Shown one piece after another: positions 17,767 to 27,752 of a DNA stretch of 41,318 nucleotides. How positions within the stretch are numbered: the stretch's first letter is position 1; every line of letters begins with the position of its first letter. Both the position numbers and the translations under genes were made by a program. Under the pieces are notes generated by a model that worked only from the letters and a program-made list of their open reading frames with translations, had not been told where the DNA came from and ran no database searches. Source of the DNA: a virus (taxonomy: Duplodnaviria > Caudoviricetes). The stretch covers positions 1 to 41,318 of the IMG/VR virus record IMGVR_UViG_3300020045_003089. One strand, 5' to 3'.

Positions 17767-18291
17767 ATGGGATTCAGATTACCTTTAAAGACAGTGTTAG
17801 ACGTAAATAATAGTACAGTCAATGCTACCGGCCCAGCTTCAGTAGCAGGCGGAGTTGCACATACATTTACTCTTCCACAAGATGCAGATAGTGTTATCGT
17901 AAAGCTTCAAGCTTCAGTTTTAGCTGGTGGCGTATCGGCTACTCTACAAACTACTGATGACGGTGGTTCAACTTGGTATGATGTTGGTCGAACTAGTATA
18001 GTTTCAAATGCAAATGGAACTACAGCTGATTGGCTCTCAGTACCAGTAGCAGGATTTGGATTCAATTCAACAGTCCAAACCCAAACCAGTGCATTGGGCT
18101 CTACTAATACCGCGATAGCTCTTAATGCTACCGGGTCAGCAGCTGCCTCAACACTTGGTTCAAAGCAACTTTCAGGACTTCCGATGTTGTCTCAGTATGG
18201 TAGGATCTTTCTTAGATATACTAACGCTGTTACGTCTATCTTAAGTGAGAGAGTTACCGTTTCGACAAATAGCCAGTCAGGGAATAACTAA
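17767..18291 (+). CDS. Putative virion protein (beta-sandwich, decoration-like)
   Basis: Ser/Thr/Ala/Gly-rich; LQTTDDGGSTWYDV Asp-box-like motif; 6 S-[VI] motifs. Confidence 0.7.
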   Translation: MGFRLPLKTVLDVNNSTVNATGPASVAGGVAHTFTLPQDADSVIVKLQASVLAGGVSATLQTTDDGGSTWYDVGRTSIVSNANGTTADWLSVPVAGFGFNSTVQTQTSALGSTNTAIALNATGSAAASTLGSKQLSGLPMLSQYGRIFLRYTNAVTSILSERVTVSTNSQSGNN

Positions 18292-18659
18292 TGAATAATT
18301 CAAAAATCGTCGTAAATAGTTTAGAAGAAGATAATGTAAACCCTCACCTAGACCTTGAGAAGAAAAGAGGGGAGATAATACAGGTTATCGAGGCTATTAA
18401 TGGAGTTACCACTAGTGAAGATTGGAGGAAATTAAAAAGACTATTACTTGATGGGGTAGTTATAACCTTAGAAAAGCAATTAGTCAGCGAAACCTCTAAA
18501 TCAGATATCAATTTACCAGAAGTTTATAGGTTACAAGGACAACTCGCCTGGGCTAAAAAATATACAGACCTAAAGAAGTTATCCGAATGGTTTAAGTACC
18601 AAGTAGAAAATATTAACAAACAAATAAATGAACACAACCCGAGGGACGGAGCCCTCTAA
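18291..18659 (+). CDS. Hypothetical helical head-region protein
   Basis: DWRKLK, YRLQGQL; position upstream of the scaffold. Confidence 0.7.
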   Translation: MNNSKIVVNSLEEDNVNPHLDLEKKRGEIIQVIEAINGVTTSEDWRKLKRLLLDGVVITLEKQLVSETSKSDINLPEVYRLQGQLAWAKKYTDLKKLSEWFKYQVENINKQINEHNPRDGAL

Positions 18660-18996
18660 TGCTCCAGTGAATAGAAGATTTCTTGAACGACAGGGTGCGC
18701 AGACAGTTCCATCATCACATCGTTTAGGTGTGATACGAGGTGGTATTTGTGATAAGTGTGGGGTACTCGATCAGAATATCCCATCACAATTTCAGTACCA
18801 ACTATGTGAACACTTTAGAGGTTTAGGAGAAATTAGGTGTAGTTATTGTGAAGACACAGTAAATAACACCGACGTTGTCCTTCACTCTATAATTCATGTA
18901 GCCGAGCATCCAGATAATCCCGATAAGGTGATTGCCTGGTGCAACTCATATGGCTGTTCTGCTAAACACGAAGCTCGCTTCAAAGTAAGCCGATAG
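18628..18996 (+). CDS. Cys/His-rich putative zinc-binding protein
   Basis: CDKC, CEH, CSYC, C....C..KH. Confidence 0.7.
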   Translation: MNTTRGTEPSNAPVNRRFLERQGAQTVPSSHRLGVIRGGICDKCGVLDQNIPSQFQYQLCEHFRGLGEIRCSYCEDTVNNTDVVLHSIIHVAEHPDNPDKVIAWCNSYGCSAKHEARFKVSR

Positions 18997-19088
18997 CTTC
19001 AAATCATGTTTCTTTCTAGTCAAAAGTAAACATCGTAATAAAAGACTAAATCTCAAGATGAGAATCGCCCCTCATGTTGACGTAAAAT

Positions 19089-19559
19089 ATGGCTGAAGAA
19101 TACGATATAGACTTAGATCAGGATGTTGAAAAAGAGCATCCTGTTGATAAAAGATTAACAAAGGCTTTTGAGAAAATAGGTTCTACAGAGAAAGAGCTAA
19201 ACGAAGAAAGGAAGCTTAGAGAAGCGGAAGCGCAAAAAAGTGCTGAGCTTCAAAAGGAAAGAGATTTTTACGCAGGTTTCACCGATATTATATCTACTCA
19301 TCCAGAGGCTAAAGACCATAAGGATGATATCTTAGCGAAAGTTAAGGGTGGATATAGTGTTGAAGATGCAACCTTCGCCGTCTTAGGTAAAGCTGGTAAG
19401 CTCAGTCAGCCCCAACCAATAGTGGATAATCCTGCTGGAGGTGCGGCTACGATTACTCAGACTAGCCAAGGACAAAAAACTCTTGATAGTATGTCTCGTG
19501 AAGAAAAACGAGCTAAGCTTTTAGAAGCAGAGAGTCGTGGTGATATCTCGATGTCCTAA
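19089..19559 (+). CDS. Capsid scaffolding protein
   Basis: Acidic coiled coil directly before the capsid gene; C-terminal MSREEKRAKL helix. Confidence 0.8.
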   Translation: MAEEYDIDLDQDVEKEHPVDKRLTKAFEKIGSTEKELNEERKLREAEAQKSAELQKERDFYAGFTDIISTHPEAKDHKDDILAKVKGGYSVEDATFAVLGKAGKLSQPQPIVDNPAGGAATITQTSQGQKTLDSMSREEKRAKLLEAESRGDISMS

Positions 19560-19579
19560 TTTTCAAAAGTTTTAAAACT

Positions 19580-20665
19580 ATGCCAGTAACAGTAAGAGGC
19601 ACTGGATGGGGTGGCGCAACTACCCTTACATCAGAGCTTTTAACATCATACATCTCAGATGAGATTAAGGTGTTAGAGCCTGAACTCCAGTATGCTAGAT
19701 TAGGTAAAAGGAGAGATGCCCCAAAGGGGTATGACAGAATAGTCTTCCCACAGACTAACCAGGTTCCAGTTAGAATTAATGTATCTATGGCCACCACAGG
19801 TGGACCAACTGCCGTAGCCGGTGGTGGTTCTGTCTGGGGTGCTACAGGTTCAATCCAAGGAGGTGCAACAGCTACTGCTCCTGGATTCCCAGTATCATCT
19901 ACTGAAGGTGTCGCCGCTATAACAGAAGGAACAAACCCGTCTTCAATAACATGGGGTGCTACTTCATATAGCTCAGGCCCTGCTCAGTATGGTATCTTGA
20001 TTCAGATTTCCGACCTTTTAGTTCATAACTCAGCTATCGAGACCATTGATGCTTGCACTATGCAAGTTAGAAATGCTCTTGCTAGATTAGTTGATACTTG
20101 TCTTCAGACCGTAGCAAACGGTGGAACTAATGGTGTTGTATATTCAGGCAATAAGACCACAAGAGCTAGTCTTGGTTCAGGAGACACTATTGCTCAATCA
20201 GATATGAATAGAGCATATAAGATTCTTGCATCTTCAAACGCTGCAGGTGCTAAGTATTTCGATGGAAATTACTTTGCCGCAGTGATCCACCCACAAGTAG
20301 AATCAGACCTTATGTCTAATACTGCTTCAGGATCATTTGTAGATGTCGGCAGATATACTTCTGTTGATGACCTAAGATCAGGTAAAATGGGAGATTATAG
20401 AGGTATTAGATACCTTAGAAGTGCATACCAGAATTACTTCAACTCAACAGTTGCAGTATTTCCAACCACTGTCTTAAGTGCTGATTCATTTGGATGGGGC
20501 TACTTCCAACCACCAACTCCAACTTTAGTTACGACTCCAGATTCTAATAATGCTTTGAACCTTTACACTTCAATCGGAGGTAAAGTCACTCTTGGTGCTA
20601 CTAGATTCGAAGACAGTATTGGTACTGTCAGAATCGCTAGGGTTGAGTCAGCAATAACTAACTAA
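19580..20665 (+). CDS. Major capsid protein (HK97 fold, N4-gp56-like family)
   Basis: PKG..IVFP, ITEG..P, QYG...ISD, AVIHPQV..DL, G.YRGIRY. Confidence 0.9.
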   Translation: MPVTVRGTGWGGATTLTSELLTSYISDEIKVLEPELQYARLGKRRDAPKGYDRIVFPQTNQVPVRINVSMATTGGPTAVAGGGSVWGATGSIQGGATATAPGFPVSSTEGVAAITEGTNPSSITWGATSYSSGPAQYGILIQISDLLVHNSAIETIDACTMQVRNALARLVDTCLQTVANGGTNGVVYSGNKTTRASLGSGDTIAQSDMNRAYKILASSNAAGAKYFDGNYFAAVIHPQVESDLMSNTASGSFVDVGRYTSVDDLRSGKMGDYRGIRYLRSAYQNYFNSTVAVFPTTVLSADSFGWGYFQPPTPTLVTTPDSNNALNLYTSIGGKVTLGATRFEDSIGTVRIARVESAITN

Positions 20666-20714
20666 TAATTAGTTTCCTCAGAGCCTTTATAGGCTTTGGG
20701 CTAAATTAATTATT
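20663..20714 (+). terminator. Hairpin/putative terminator after the capsid gene
   Basis: TAATAATTAGTTT..AGAGCCT-TTAT-AGGCTTT..AAATTAATTATTA inverted repeat. Confidence 0.65.
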
Positions 20715-20721
20715 AAATAAC

Positions 20722-21420
20722 ATGGCCGTACTATTATCTGATGTCCTAGCATTTGCCAGAACCCAAGCCCAAACTGATTCCAATGGTATAACTGATGCCA
20801 ATGGTATTATATTTGCAAATGAAGCCCTTTCAGACTTTAGAAGAAGACTTGTAGATACTGGCGTTGATGCAGGAACAGTGACTGAGTTTGTCCAAGAAGG
20901 TACTGTGGGAACCGGTATATATACTTATCCTACAAACCCTAGCGTTCTATTCCTTAAGACAATAGAGCTAAACTATGTAAACACTACCCCAGCCGACAAG
21001 GTGACGGCTACGCAACTTGATGTGTCTAATCTCCCCGCTAATAAATCCGTAGGTTGGATAAGAGCTAATGCTAGCCCATCTAGCCCGTATTACGATGATA
21101 GGGGTGATAGATATGAGATATTCCCTACACCAACAGCCGCACATAATGTGACTTCAATAGCCACACTCTTCTATTTTGCTAAGCCTAATGACTATACCGC
21201 CGTCGCAAATTCTATCGCCTATCCCGAAACGCTCGACTACAGAATACTAGGATGGAGGATTGCCTCTAATTACCTATATTCGCTCGGCAAGGTAGAGGAG
21301 GGATCAATAGTAAACCAAAGATACGAGGAGAGAGTTAAACAATTAATAGCCACACTATCTCGAGGAAGCCAACAGCCTATCCAGGCTACCCCAATACAAG
21401 ATAGTGGTTGGGGTTACTAA
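20722..21420 (+). CDS. Head-tail adaptor-like protein
   Basis: After the MCP; FANEAL helix, GTVGTGIYTYP, EIFPTP, Y..KP pattern. Confidence 0.72.
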   Translation: MAVLLSDVLAFARTQAQTDSNGITDANGIIFANEALSDFRRRLVDTGVDAGTVTEFVQEGTVGTGIYTYPTNPSVLFLKTIELNYVNTTPADKVTATQLDVSNLPANKSVGWIRANASPSSPYYDDRGDRYEIFPTPTAAHNVTSIATLFYFAKPNDYTAVANSIAYPETLDYRILGWRIASNYLYSLGKVEEGSIVNQRYEERVKQLIATLSRGSQQPIQATPIQDSGWGY

Positions 21421-23036
21421 TGCCACAAGAAGTAAAGACAATCACTGTTACAAACTTTGGAGGGCCGTTAACCCGTAAAGATGACGGGGATATTGATAGT
21501 GGTTTAGCAAAGTTTGATACTTCATGGGGTTACGACCCCTATTCTAAACCAGGTGAATTAACATGGTTTGAGCAACCTACAAGCATACTAAGCCTTTCGG
21601 CTGATAATGGTCCTGTAGTAGCTATGAAATCTAGGTCAGAGAGTGGCGAGAATATAGTTTATGCTGTCGCAAGGACAACGTCATCTCCAAAGCTCTATAG
21701 GATTGAAGTAAACGATAATAGCACGTCTAACCCAAACTTTGACACCGCATCGGTCATTAGTACACTTACACCTTTGGATAGCCTCTTTGATGCAGATATG
21801 GTTTTCTATGGCTCAACTGAAAAGATATTCTTTAAAGGTGATGGTAGAGTAGGTAAGGTTAATTTTAATGGGTCTTCTCCAACTTCAATTGCTGGGGCTA
21901 CTGATTTTAATGGTAATGGGGGGACATTGTTTTTAGGTAATATATTCTTTGCTAATAATAATAATATAGCAAAGATCGACTCTACGGAGCTACTAGTAAA
22001 TTCTTCTGTCTTAAGTCCAGCTCTTCCTAAAGGTCTCACAGTACGAGATTTAGATGTCACACCTGATGGTAATTATCTTCAGATCACCGCTTCGAGGTTA
22101 TCTAATCAGAATCAATTTAATGGCGCAGCTATAGATGTTAGCTCATCAAATGCAGTAGACTCATATAAATATTATTGGAATGGCATTGACAGTGGCGCAA
22201 CTGCTACTGAAACTTTTGAGGGGTTAGCTTTAACAGCTAGTCAAACATTTCAAGGTAAGAACTATGGTTTTGGCTATGACCTTAATGGCGCAGGTATTTA
22301 CGATGGTTCCCAAAAAACTATAACTCTCTCTAAATCTTGGTCTCCACAAAAGAATGCTACGTTCTCTATAGGTAATGTGCTAGGTTTTGTGACCCCAGAG
22401 TATGAAGAAGCAAATACGCGTTTTACAGCCTCTATATTCTTTAATGGACAGTATGACGAAGAGACACCTAAGGGACTATTCCGACTACTTCGGCACCCAG
22501 CTCAGATTAATGATGACATTGTTTCAATACCCGCTGCATTGCCCGTATCAAATCTTCTCTATGTACCGAGAATCTATGACTATGCTAATAATATCGGCGG
22601 AAGATCTAAAATCTATTACTCTACAGTAGAAGAGAATGATGATTCACCGTCAGGTAGGCTAAATAAGCTATGGCGATTTGAGACTAAACCTACTGGTCAA
22701 GGAAGTGTTGTAGCTGGAGTATATGAGACACAAACTCAAATGTTCTCAAAGAAAATGGCTGTTAAAGAGATACGCCTCTACACTGAACCTCTGAAAGCTA
22801 ATAACGATTTTATAATCGATTTAATAGGTTCAGGTGGTAGTGTCATGGCAAGTGGTAGTCAAAGGTTTGTTGTAGGTGCAAGTAGTATCGCTACGGGAGC
22901 TGATGTTGTTATGTGGAATCCTGGTATAGCACCAACATATGCATTAGGAGTAAGGATTACGAATTCATCTGTCACAGGAAGTGCTAACTGGACAGCTAAA
23001 AAACTTGAGATAGATGTCGTACCAGGCGGTAAATAA
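21420..23036 (+). CDS. Tail nozzle / stabilization-like beta-propeller protein (start probably 21420)
   Basis: ~540 aa beta-rich; N-terminal NFGG, C-terminal YETQ..K..KEIRL; follows the adaptor. Confidence 0.68.
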   Translation: MPQEVKTITVTNFGGPLTRKDDGDIDSGLAKFDTSWGYDPYSKPGELTWFEQPTSILSLSADNGPVVAMKSRSESGENIVYAVARTTSSPKLYRIEVNDNSTSNPNFDTASVISTLTPLDSLFDADMVFYGSTEKIFFKGDGRVGKVNFNGSSPTSIAGATDFNGNGGTLFLGNIFFANNNNIAKIDSTELLVNSSVLSPALPKGLTVRDLDVTPDGNYLQITASRLSNQNQFNGAAIDVSSSNAVDSYKYYWNGIDSGATATETFEGLALTASQTFQGKNYGFGYDLNGAGIYDGSQKTITLSKSWSPQKNATFSIGNVLGFVTPEYEEANTRFTASIFFNGQYDEETPKGLFRLLRHPAQINDDIVSIPAALPVSNLLYVPRIYDYANNIGGRSKIYYSTVEENDDSPSGRLNKLWRFETKPTGQGSVVAGVYETQTQMFSKKMAVKEIRLYTEPLKANNDFIIDLIGSGGSVMASGSQRFVVGASSIATGADVVMWNPGIAPTYALGVRITNSSVTGSANWTAKKLEIDVVPGGK

Positions 23037-23037
23037 T

Positions 23038-24387
23038 ATGACACAAGAAGATATAAAACAACTTATTCTTGATACGATAAAAGAGTATAACAAGGCTGGT
23101 GTCTTTACTGACCGTAAAACTATAGATACTCCTACAGATGCTTTATCCCCAGTAAATAAGAAATATATTGATGATTTAACTTTTAATGATTTAGCTGATG
23201 TTACAATTACTTCAGGTGCTCAAGGCGATTTAATCTATTGGAATGGAAGTGCATGGGTAAACTTGGCCCCTGGAGAAAATGGACAATTTCTAAAAACTCA
23301 AGGTTCTGGGTCTAATCCTATCTGGGATGATGTTGCACTATTTGGGGATGCTTCAGATGGTAACGCGAGTATTACTGGAGCGACTACTCTATCGAGGGAT
23401 ATGTTCTATGACGACCTAACTATTAGTAGCGCAGGGATTTTAAATACTGCTAGTTTTAGGATTTTTAGCAATAATTTACTTAATAACGGTATTGTAAGAA
23501 ATAACGGAAATAATGGTTTTAATGGAGAAAATGGGAAAACTAATGATATATCTGAGGGTCCAGCCGACGGAGGAGCGGGCGGTGCATCAGTGGTGTCAGG
23601 TTCACTATCGGGCGGTCTTAGTGGAGTAGCAGGGGGAAATGGTGGCTTAGGAGTTTCTGCTGATACGGTTGGTAATACTGGTTCAAATGGTGTTGCTGGA
23701 GCTACTGTAACTAAAGGACTTGGAGCAATAGGTGGTGGCAAAGGTTCGGGAGGAGCATCATCAATTTTAGGTAATGGCGGTTCAGGTGGAATTGCTGGAT
23801 CGGGTAAGGCGGCAGGTGGTGGTGGTAGTGGCGGAGGAGAAGGATCAAAATCAGGCACTGTGTTTAATGCTCCTAGAACATTTCCTAGTGCTTACTTTCT
23901 TATGGATACTCAGCCATCAATAGTAACTCTAAATGTATCTGCTGGCTCCGGTTCTGGGGCTGGTGGTGGATCAGGCGGTGGTGCGGTAGGCGGAGGTGGC
24001 CACTCAGGTGGTGGTGGTGCAGGAGGAGGAAGCGGATCACCAGGGGGAATAGTAGCTATATTCTCAAGGAATATCACTAACAATAGTAGTATTCAATCTC
24101 TCGGTGGGAACGGAGGTAATGGTGGAGATGGTGGAGATAGTGTAAACACTGGATCTCAAGCTCATGGTGCTGGTGGCGGTGGTGGTGGAGGTTCAGGTGG
24201 TTCAGGGGGAGTAGTAATTTTACTTTATCGAACTCTGACAAATAATGGTATAATATCTGCAGCTGGTGGATCTGCTGGATCAGGTGGGAGTGCTGGAACT
24301 ACAGCTGCTAACGCTAGTGTTGCAAGTGATGGTAGAAGCGGTTCAGTAGGATACACAGGTTCAGTATTTTCAATTCAACTTTCTTAA
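23038..24387 (+). CDS. Glycine-rich tail/fibre protein (start probably 23038)
   Basis: LADVTI...GDLIYWNGSAWVNL, FGDASDG, long GGxGG tracts. Confidence 0.8.
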   Translation: MTQEDIKQLILDTIKEYNKAGVFTDRKTIDTPTDALSPVNKKYIDDLTFNDLADVTITSGAQGDLIYWNGSAWVNLAPGENGQFLKTQGSGSNPIWDDVALFGDASDGNASITGATTLSRDMFYDDLTISSAGILNTASFRIFSNNLLNNGIVRNNGNNGFNGENGKTNDISEGPADGGAGGASVVSGSLSGGLSGVAGGNGGLGVSADTVGNTGSNGVAGATVTKGLGAIGGGKGSGGASSILGNGGSGGIAGSGKAAGGGGSGGGEGSKSGTVFNAPRTFPSAYFLMDTQPSIVTLNVSAGSGSGAGGGSGGGAVGGGGHSGGGGAGGGSGSPGGIVAIFSRNITNNSSIQSLGGNGGNGGDGGDSVNTGSQAHGAGGGGGGGSGGSGGVVILLYRTLTNNGIISAAGGSAGSGGSAGTTAANASVASDGRSGSVGYTGSVFSIQLS

Positions 24388-24388
24388 T

Positions 24389-26257
24389 ATGGCAACTTAC
24401 GACTATACAAAATACAGCAAAGTTAAAAGCCCGACTGGGTATGATATCTATGAGGGTTCAAATAAACTCTCTTATGAGCAAGCCAAGCCGATGTTTTCAT
24501 CGGGCTTTAATGTTGATTTTATTAAAGAGGGCCCAGCCCCACAGGCTATAAGTCCAACTCAACCAATATCTCAACCGCAAAGTCAAATGCCCACAGGTGC
24601 TCCTGCGAGTATGCCAGCGCAAACAGGCTTAAGTAAGGTATCAACTCAAGGCGTGGGTCCTGATGGTAAACCTATCTATGATGTTTTTGCAGGTCAAGAA
24701 CATATTCAGGATCCTAATGATCCTAGACTAAAGGGCGTGAACATAGATCACTTGCCAGTAGGCCAAGCTCCTCAAGGATTTAAGAGTAAATTCCAGGAGG
24801 GTTTTGAAAAAGCTCAGGGTGCTGGCTTAGGTAACGTATCGGATGCAAGTCAAGGGAGAAAAGTAGTCTCTGACTACACTGAACTAAAGAACGATACAAA
24901 GGCTCTGGGATTCTTACAAGGCGATGAATTTTTTACCAATCTCACTAAAACATTCCAGGAGTTCACTAACCCTATAAATCAGAGAGCTTCTCTAGCTGAT
25001 ACATATAGCCAGATGATAAAGGACTCTGGTATTGAGGCTATGGATATGGAGCTTATTAACACTAAGAATATTATTGAAGGATCAGAGGAAGATATTAGAA
25101 CAGAGATTACCAAAGCGGGCGGTTTTGCTACGGAGTCCCAGGTACTAGCTATGACAAACTCCCGTAATAAGCAGTTGATTAAGAATTACAACACACTCTT
25201 AGATACTAGAAATGCTAAGGAGAAATATTTAGATACATTAATTGGATTAGAGTCACAAGACAGAGAAGCAGCCGATCAGAGATTCGAGCAAGCCTTTAAT
25301 ATGCAGATGCAAATAGCAGACTATGGCATAAAGATGCAGAAGAATGCCGTTGACGGGATAAGTCGTCTAAAAGATACGATCGGTTGGAGCGGTATTTATG
25401 AAGCTACCCAGGGCGACCCCTACGCCGTGTCTCTAATAGAAAAAGCTTATGGCCTACCAAGCGGAGGCTTAACTATAGCCGCACAGCAAGATTACGACGC
25501 ACAATATCAAGCTGAGATAGATAGATCATTCGAACTTGAGGAAAAGAGTCTTGGAATAGCTAACCTAAAGAGCCAGATAGCAGATAGAGGGATTCAAACC
25601 GAGTTAGACAGAAGACGTACTGAAAGCCAACTCGCTACAGACGCAGCACAAAGGAATAAGATATATAACGACATAAATAAATCTATGTCTACCGGTCAAC
25701 CAGTTGTAATATCAGCCACTAACCTAGAAGATACAAAGAATAATCTATCTACCTTATTTTCAAGTGATAGTATACCAGCAGCATTAAGAGGTCAGGCAAG
25801 TAAAGCATTAAATATAGTTAATAAGCTCAATGAAATGGTTAAAGATAACCCAGGAGGTAATTTTGCTGGGGGTAGATTTAGAAGTGCCTTAGCTCCATTT
25901 ATACCTGGTAGTCTTGAGCCAAAGTTCCAGAAATTAAAAGCAGATGAAGCTAAGATAAGACAAGATTTAGTCACATATATAACTGGTGCAGCCTACACTA
26001 ATTTACAGGCTGATGATGTAAACAAGTTAATACCTAGAAGCCAGCTATATGATGGCCAGAATAGAGAAAGAATAAACAACCTTGCCAATACAATCATGGG
26101 TGATCTTGAGGCGGGCCTTATCGCCTCTGGAGTAAATGCTCAGTTACCAAGGTTTAATGATTTATTTAGTCTAAGTAGTGATGAAGTTAATAACCTGATG
26201 AATCAACTTTCCCCAGACCAAAAGGTACTATTACAAAGTTCTGGTCTAATTAAATAA
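24389..26257 (+). CDS. Internal virion / DNA-ejection-like protein
   Basis: 622 aa, Q/A-rich helical, podoviral position. Confidence 0.6.
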   Translation: MATYDYTKYSKVKSPTGYDIYEGSNKLSYEQAKPMFSSGFNVDFIKEGPAPQAISPTQPISQPQSQMPTGAPASMPAQTGLSKVSTQGVGPDGKPIYDVFAGQEHIQDPNDPRLKGVNIDHLPVGQAPQGFKSKFQEGFEKAQGAGLGNVSDASQGRKVVSDYTELKNDTKALGFLQGDEFFTNLTKTFQEFTNPINQRASLADTYSQMIKDSGIEAMDMELINTKNIIEGSEEDIRTEITKAGGFATESQVLAMTNSRNKQLIKNYNTLLDTRNAKEKYLDTLIGLESQDREAADQRFEQAFNMQMQIADYGIKMQKNAVDGISRLKDTIGWSGIYEATQGDPYAVSLIEKAYGLPSGGLTIAAQQDYDAQYQAEIDRSFELEEKSLGIANLKSQIADRGIQTELDRRRTESQLATDAAQRNKIYNDINKSMSTGQPVVISATNLEDTKNNLSTLFSSDSIPAALRGQASKALNIVNKLNEMVKDNPGGNFAGGRFRSALAPFIPGSLEPKFQKLKADEAKIRQDLVTYITGAAYTNLQADDVNKLIPRSQLYDGQNRERINNLANTIMGDLEAGLIASGVNAQLPRFNDLFSLSSDEVNNLMNQLSPDQKVLLQSSGLIK

Positions 26258-26261
26258 AAAT

Positions 26262-27623
26262 ATGGCACTAACAGAAGCACAATTTAATCAGCTTAAACAG
26301 GCATTAGAACAAAAGAAAAAAGGTGGCTATCTTGAGCGTGTTGGTCAAGGTATAAAAGAGACGGCAACCAACCTAGGTGAAGATTTACAATATCAAGCCG
26401 AGATGGCTAGTAAAGCTCCCACACTAGGGGGTAAAGCCTTAGCTCTCGGTAGAGGAGGATTAAGGACTACTGGAGCCGTTGCAGAGGCTGCTTTAACACC
26501 TTTAAACGAAGCTCCTGGTATAAAGCAAGCCACAGAGTTTATAGGAGGAAAATTAGCTCAGACTACACCTATTCAAAAATTTCAAGAATGGTCACAGAAA
26601 CATCCTGAAGCAGCAAAGGATATAGAAAACGTTTTAGATATAACGGCCTTATTTGGGACTGTTCAGGCTGGTAAACAACTTGCGCAAGGAGCACAAAAAG
26701 CTGGTCAAGCTACAATGCAAAGTGCAAAGTCTGGTTTACAAAGTGGTAAAGAATTAATTAATAAAGGGAAAACAGCTCTTCAACCACCTCTACCCACTCC
26801 TAAGAAAGCTATGGGTGAAATCCTCCAGGGTAAGAGTAAAGATATTAAAACTGGTTTTAATGCCTTAAAAAATGTAGATACAACGGGGGTAAAAACCTAC
26901 CCAGAATTATTAAGTAAAGTTGAGGGTTCTATTAAAAATTTAGCTACCAAGGTGGATGATACATTAGATGATACGACCCAGCTAGGATTAGATAAACTAA
27001 AACTTTCAGGTAAGACTAAAGCTGGGGAAGCTGTAAGTGTGGATTATGTTAGTCGAGCCCTTAAAGACCTAAAAGAGCTGTATACATCTGTTGGTGACGA
27101 TATTGCTACTAAAAATATAGATGACCTAGCTAAACAAATTCAGACTACTGGTATGACAAGGAAAGCTGTAAATGACCTAGCAAAGACTTATGGACAAGAA
27201 TTTAAAGAAAAAGCCTTCAGTAAAACAGGTGATGCTTTAACGTCCGTCAATGCCGTAAAACTAGAGAATACTAGAGAAGCCCTAAAGATGATAGCTAGGC
27301 AAGGACCAGGTGGCAAAGTGGCTAAGTCATTTGATAAATCAATGTCATCACTATATAGGGTAAGAGATTTAGTTAGGAAGAATGTAGAAGCAGTTAATAA
27401 GCTTAACCAGAAGATCCAGGAGAGAGGATTATTAGAGAAATTTGGTCATGCAGTGACTAAGTATGGAGACATAGCCACGGGGGGGACCATTAGAGGTTTA
27501 GTAGGTGGCCTATTACCAAGAGGAGTGGGAAATAAAGTAATGAACGCCCTAGACTTAGAACAGATGCTTCAGAGAAATTTAAAAATAATAGAGCAGAGAT
27601 TAAAGAAAATACCTAGTCGTTGA
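26262..27623 (+). CDS. Internal virion / DNA-ejection-like protein
   Basis: 453 aa, A/G/K-rich helical. Confidence 0.6.
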   Translation: MALTEAQFNQLKQALEQKKKGGYLERVGQGIKETATNLGEDLQYQAEMASKAPTLGGKALALGRGGLRTTGAVAEAALTPLNEAPGIKQATEFIGGKLAQTTPIQKFQEWSQKHPEAAKDIENVLDITALFGTVQAGKQLAQGAQKAGQATMQSAKSGLQSGKELINKGKTALQPPLPTPKKAMGEILQGKSKDIKTGFNALKNVDTTGVKTYPELLSKVEGSIKNLATKVDDTLDDTTQLGLDKLKLSGKTKAGEAVSVDYVSRALKDLKELYTSVGDDIATKNIDDLAKQIQTTGMTRKAVNDLAKTYGQEFKEKAFSKTGDALTSVNAVKLENTREALKMIARQGPGGKVAKSFDKSMSSLYRVRDLVRKNVEAVNKLNQKIQERGLLEKFGHAVTKYGDIATGGTIRGLVGGLLPRGVGNKVMNALDLEQMLQRNLKIIEQRLKKIPSR

Positions 27624-27738
27624 AACTATCAATAAAGCCAAGCCCATAGCCAATAAGAGGTAATAGAAGCAACCAAGGAAAGGCTATAAATAAACCAATA
27701 GTTCCAATAAGCACCATAATATAACCTAATATCTTCAT
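27613..27738 (-). CDS. Small antisense membrane protein (41 aa, not in ORF track)
   Basis: MKILGYIMVLIGTIGLFIAFPWLLLLPLIGYGLGFIDSFND fills the gap between two + genes; TATATT-like -10 just upstream. Confidence 0.65.
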   Translation of the reverse strand: MKILGYIMVLIGTIGLFIAFPWLLLLPLIGYGLGFIDSFND

Positions 27739-27752
27739 ACCCAATATATACA

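Noticed and set aside
23406-23858. Pro-rich - strand ORF
   Set aside because: Antisense shadow of Gly (GGN) codons in the tail gene
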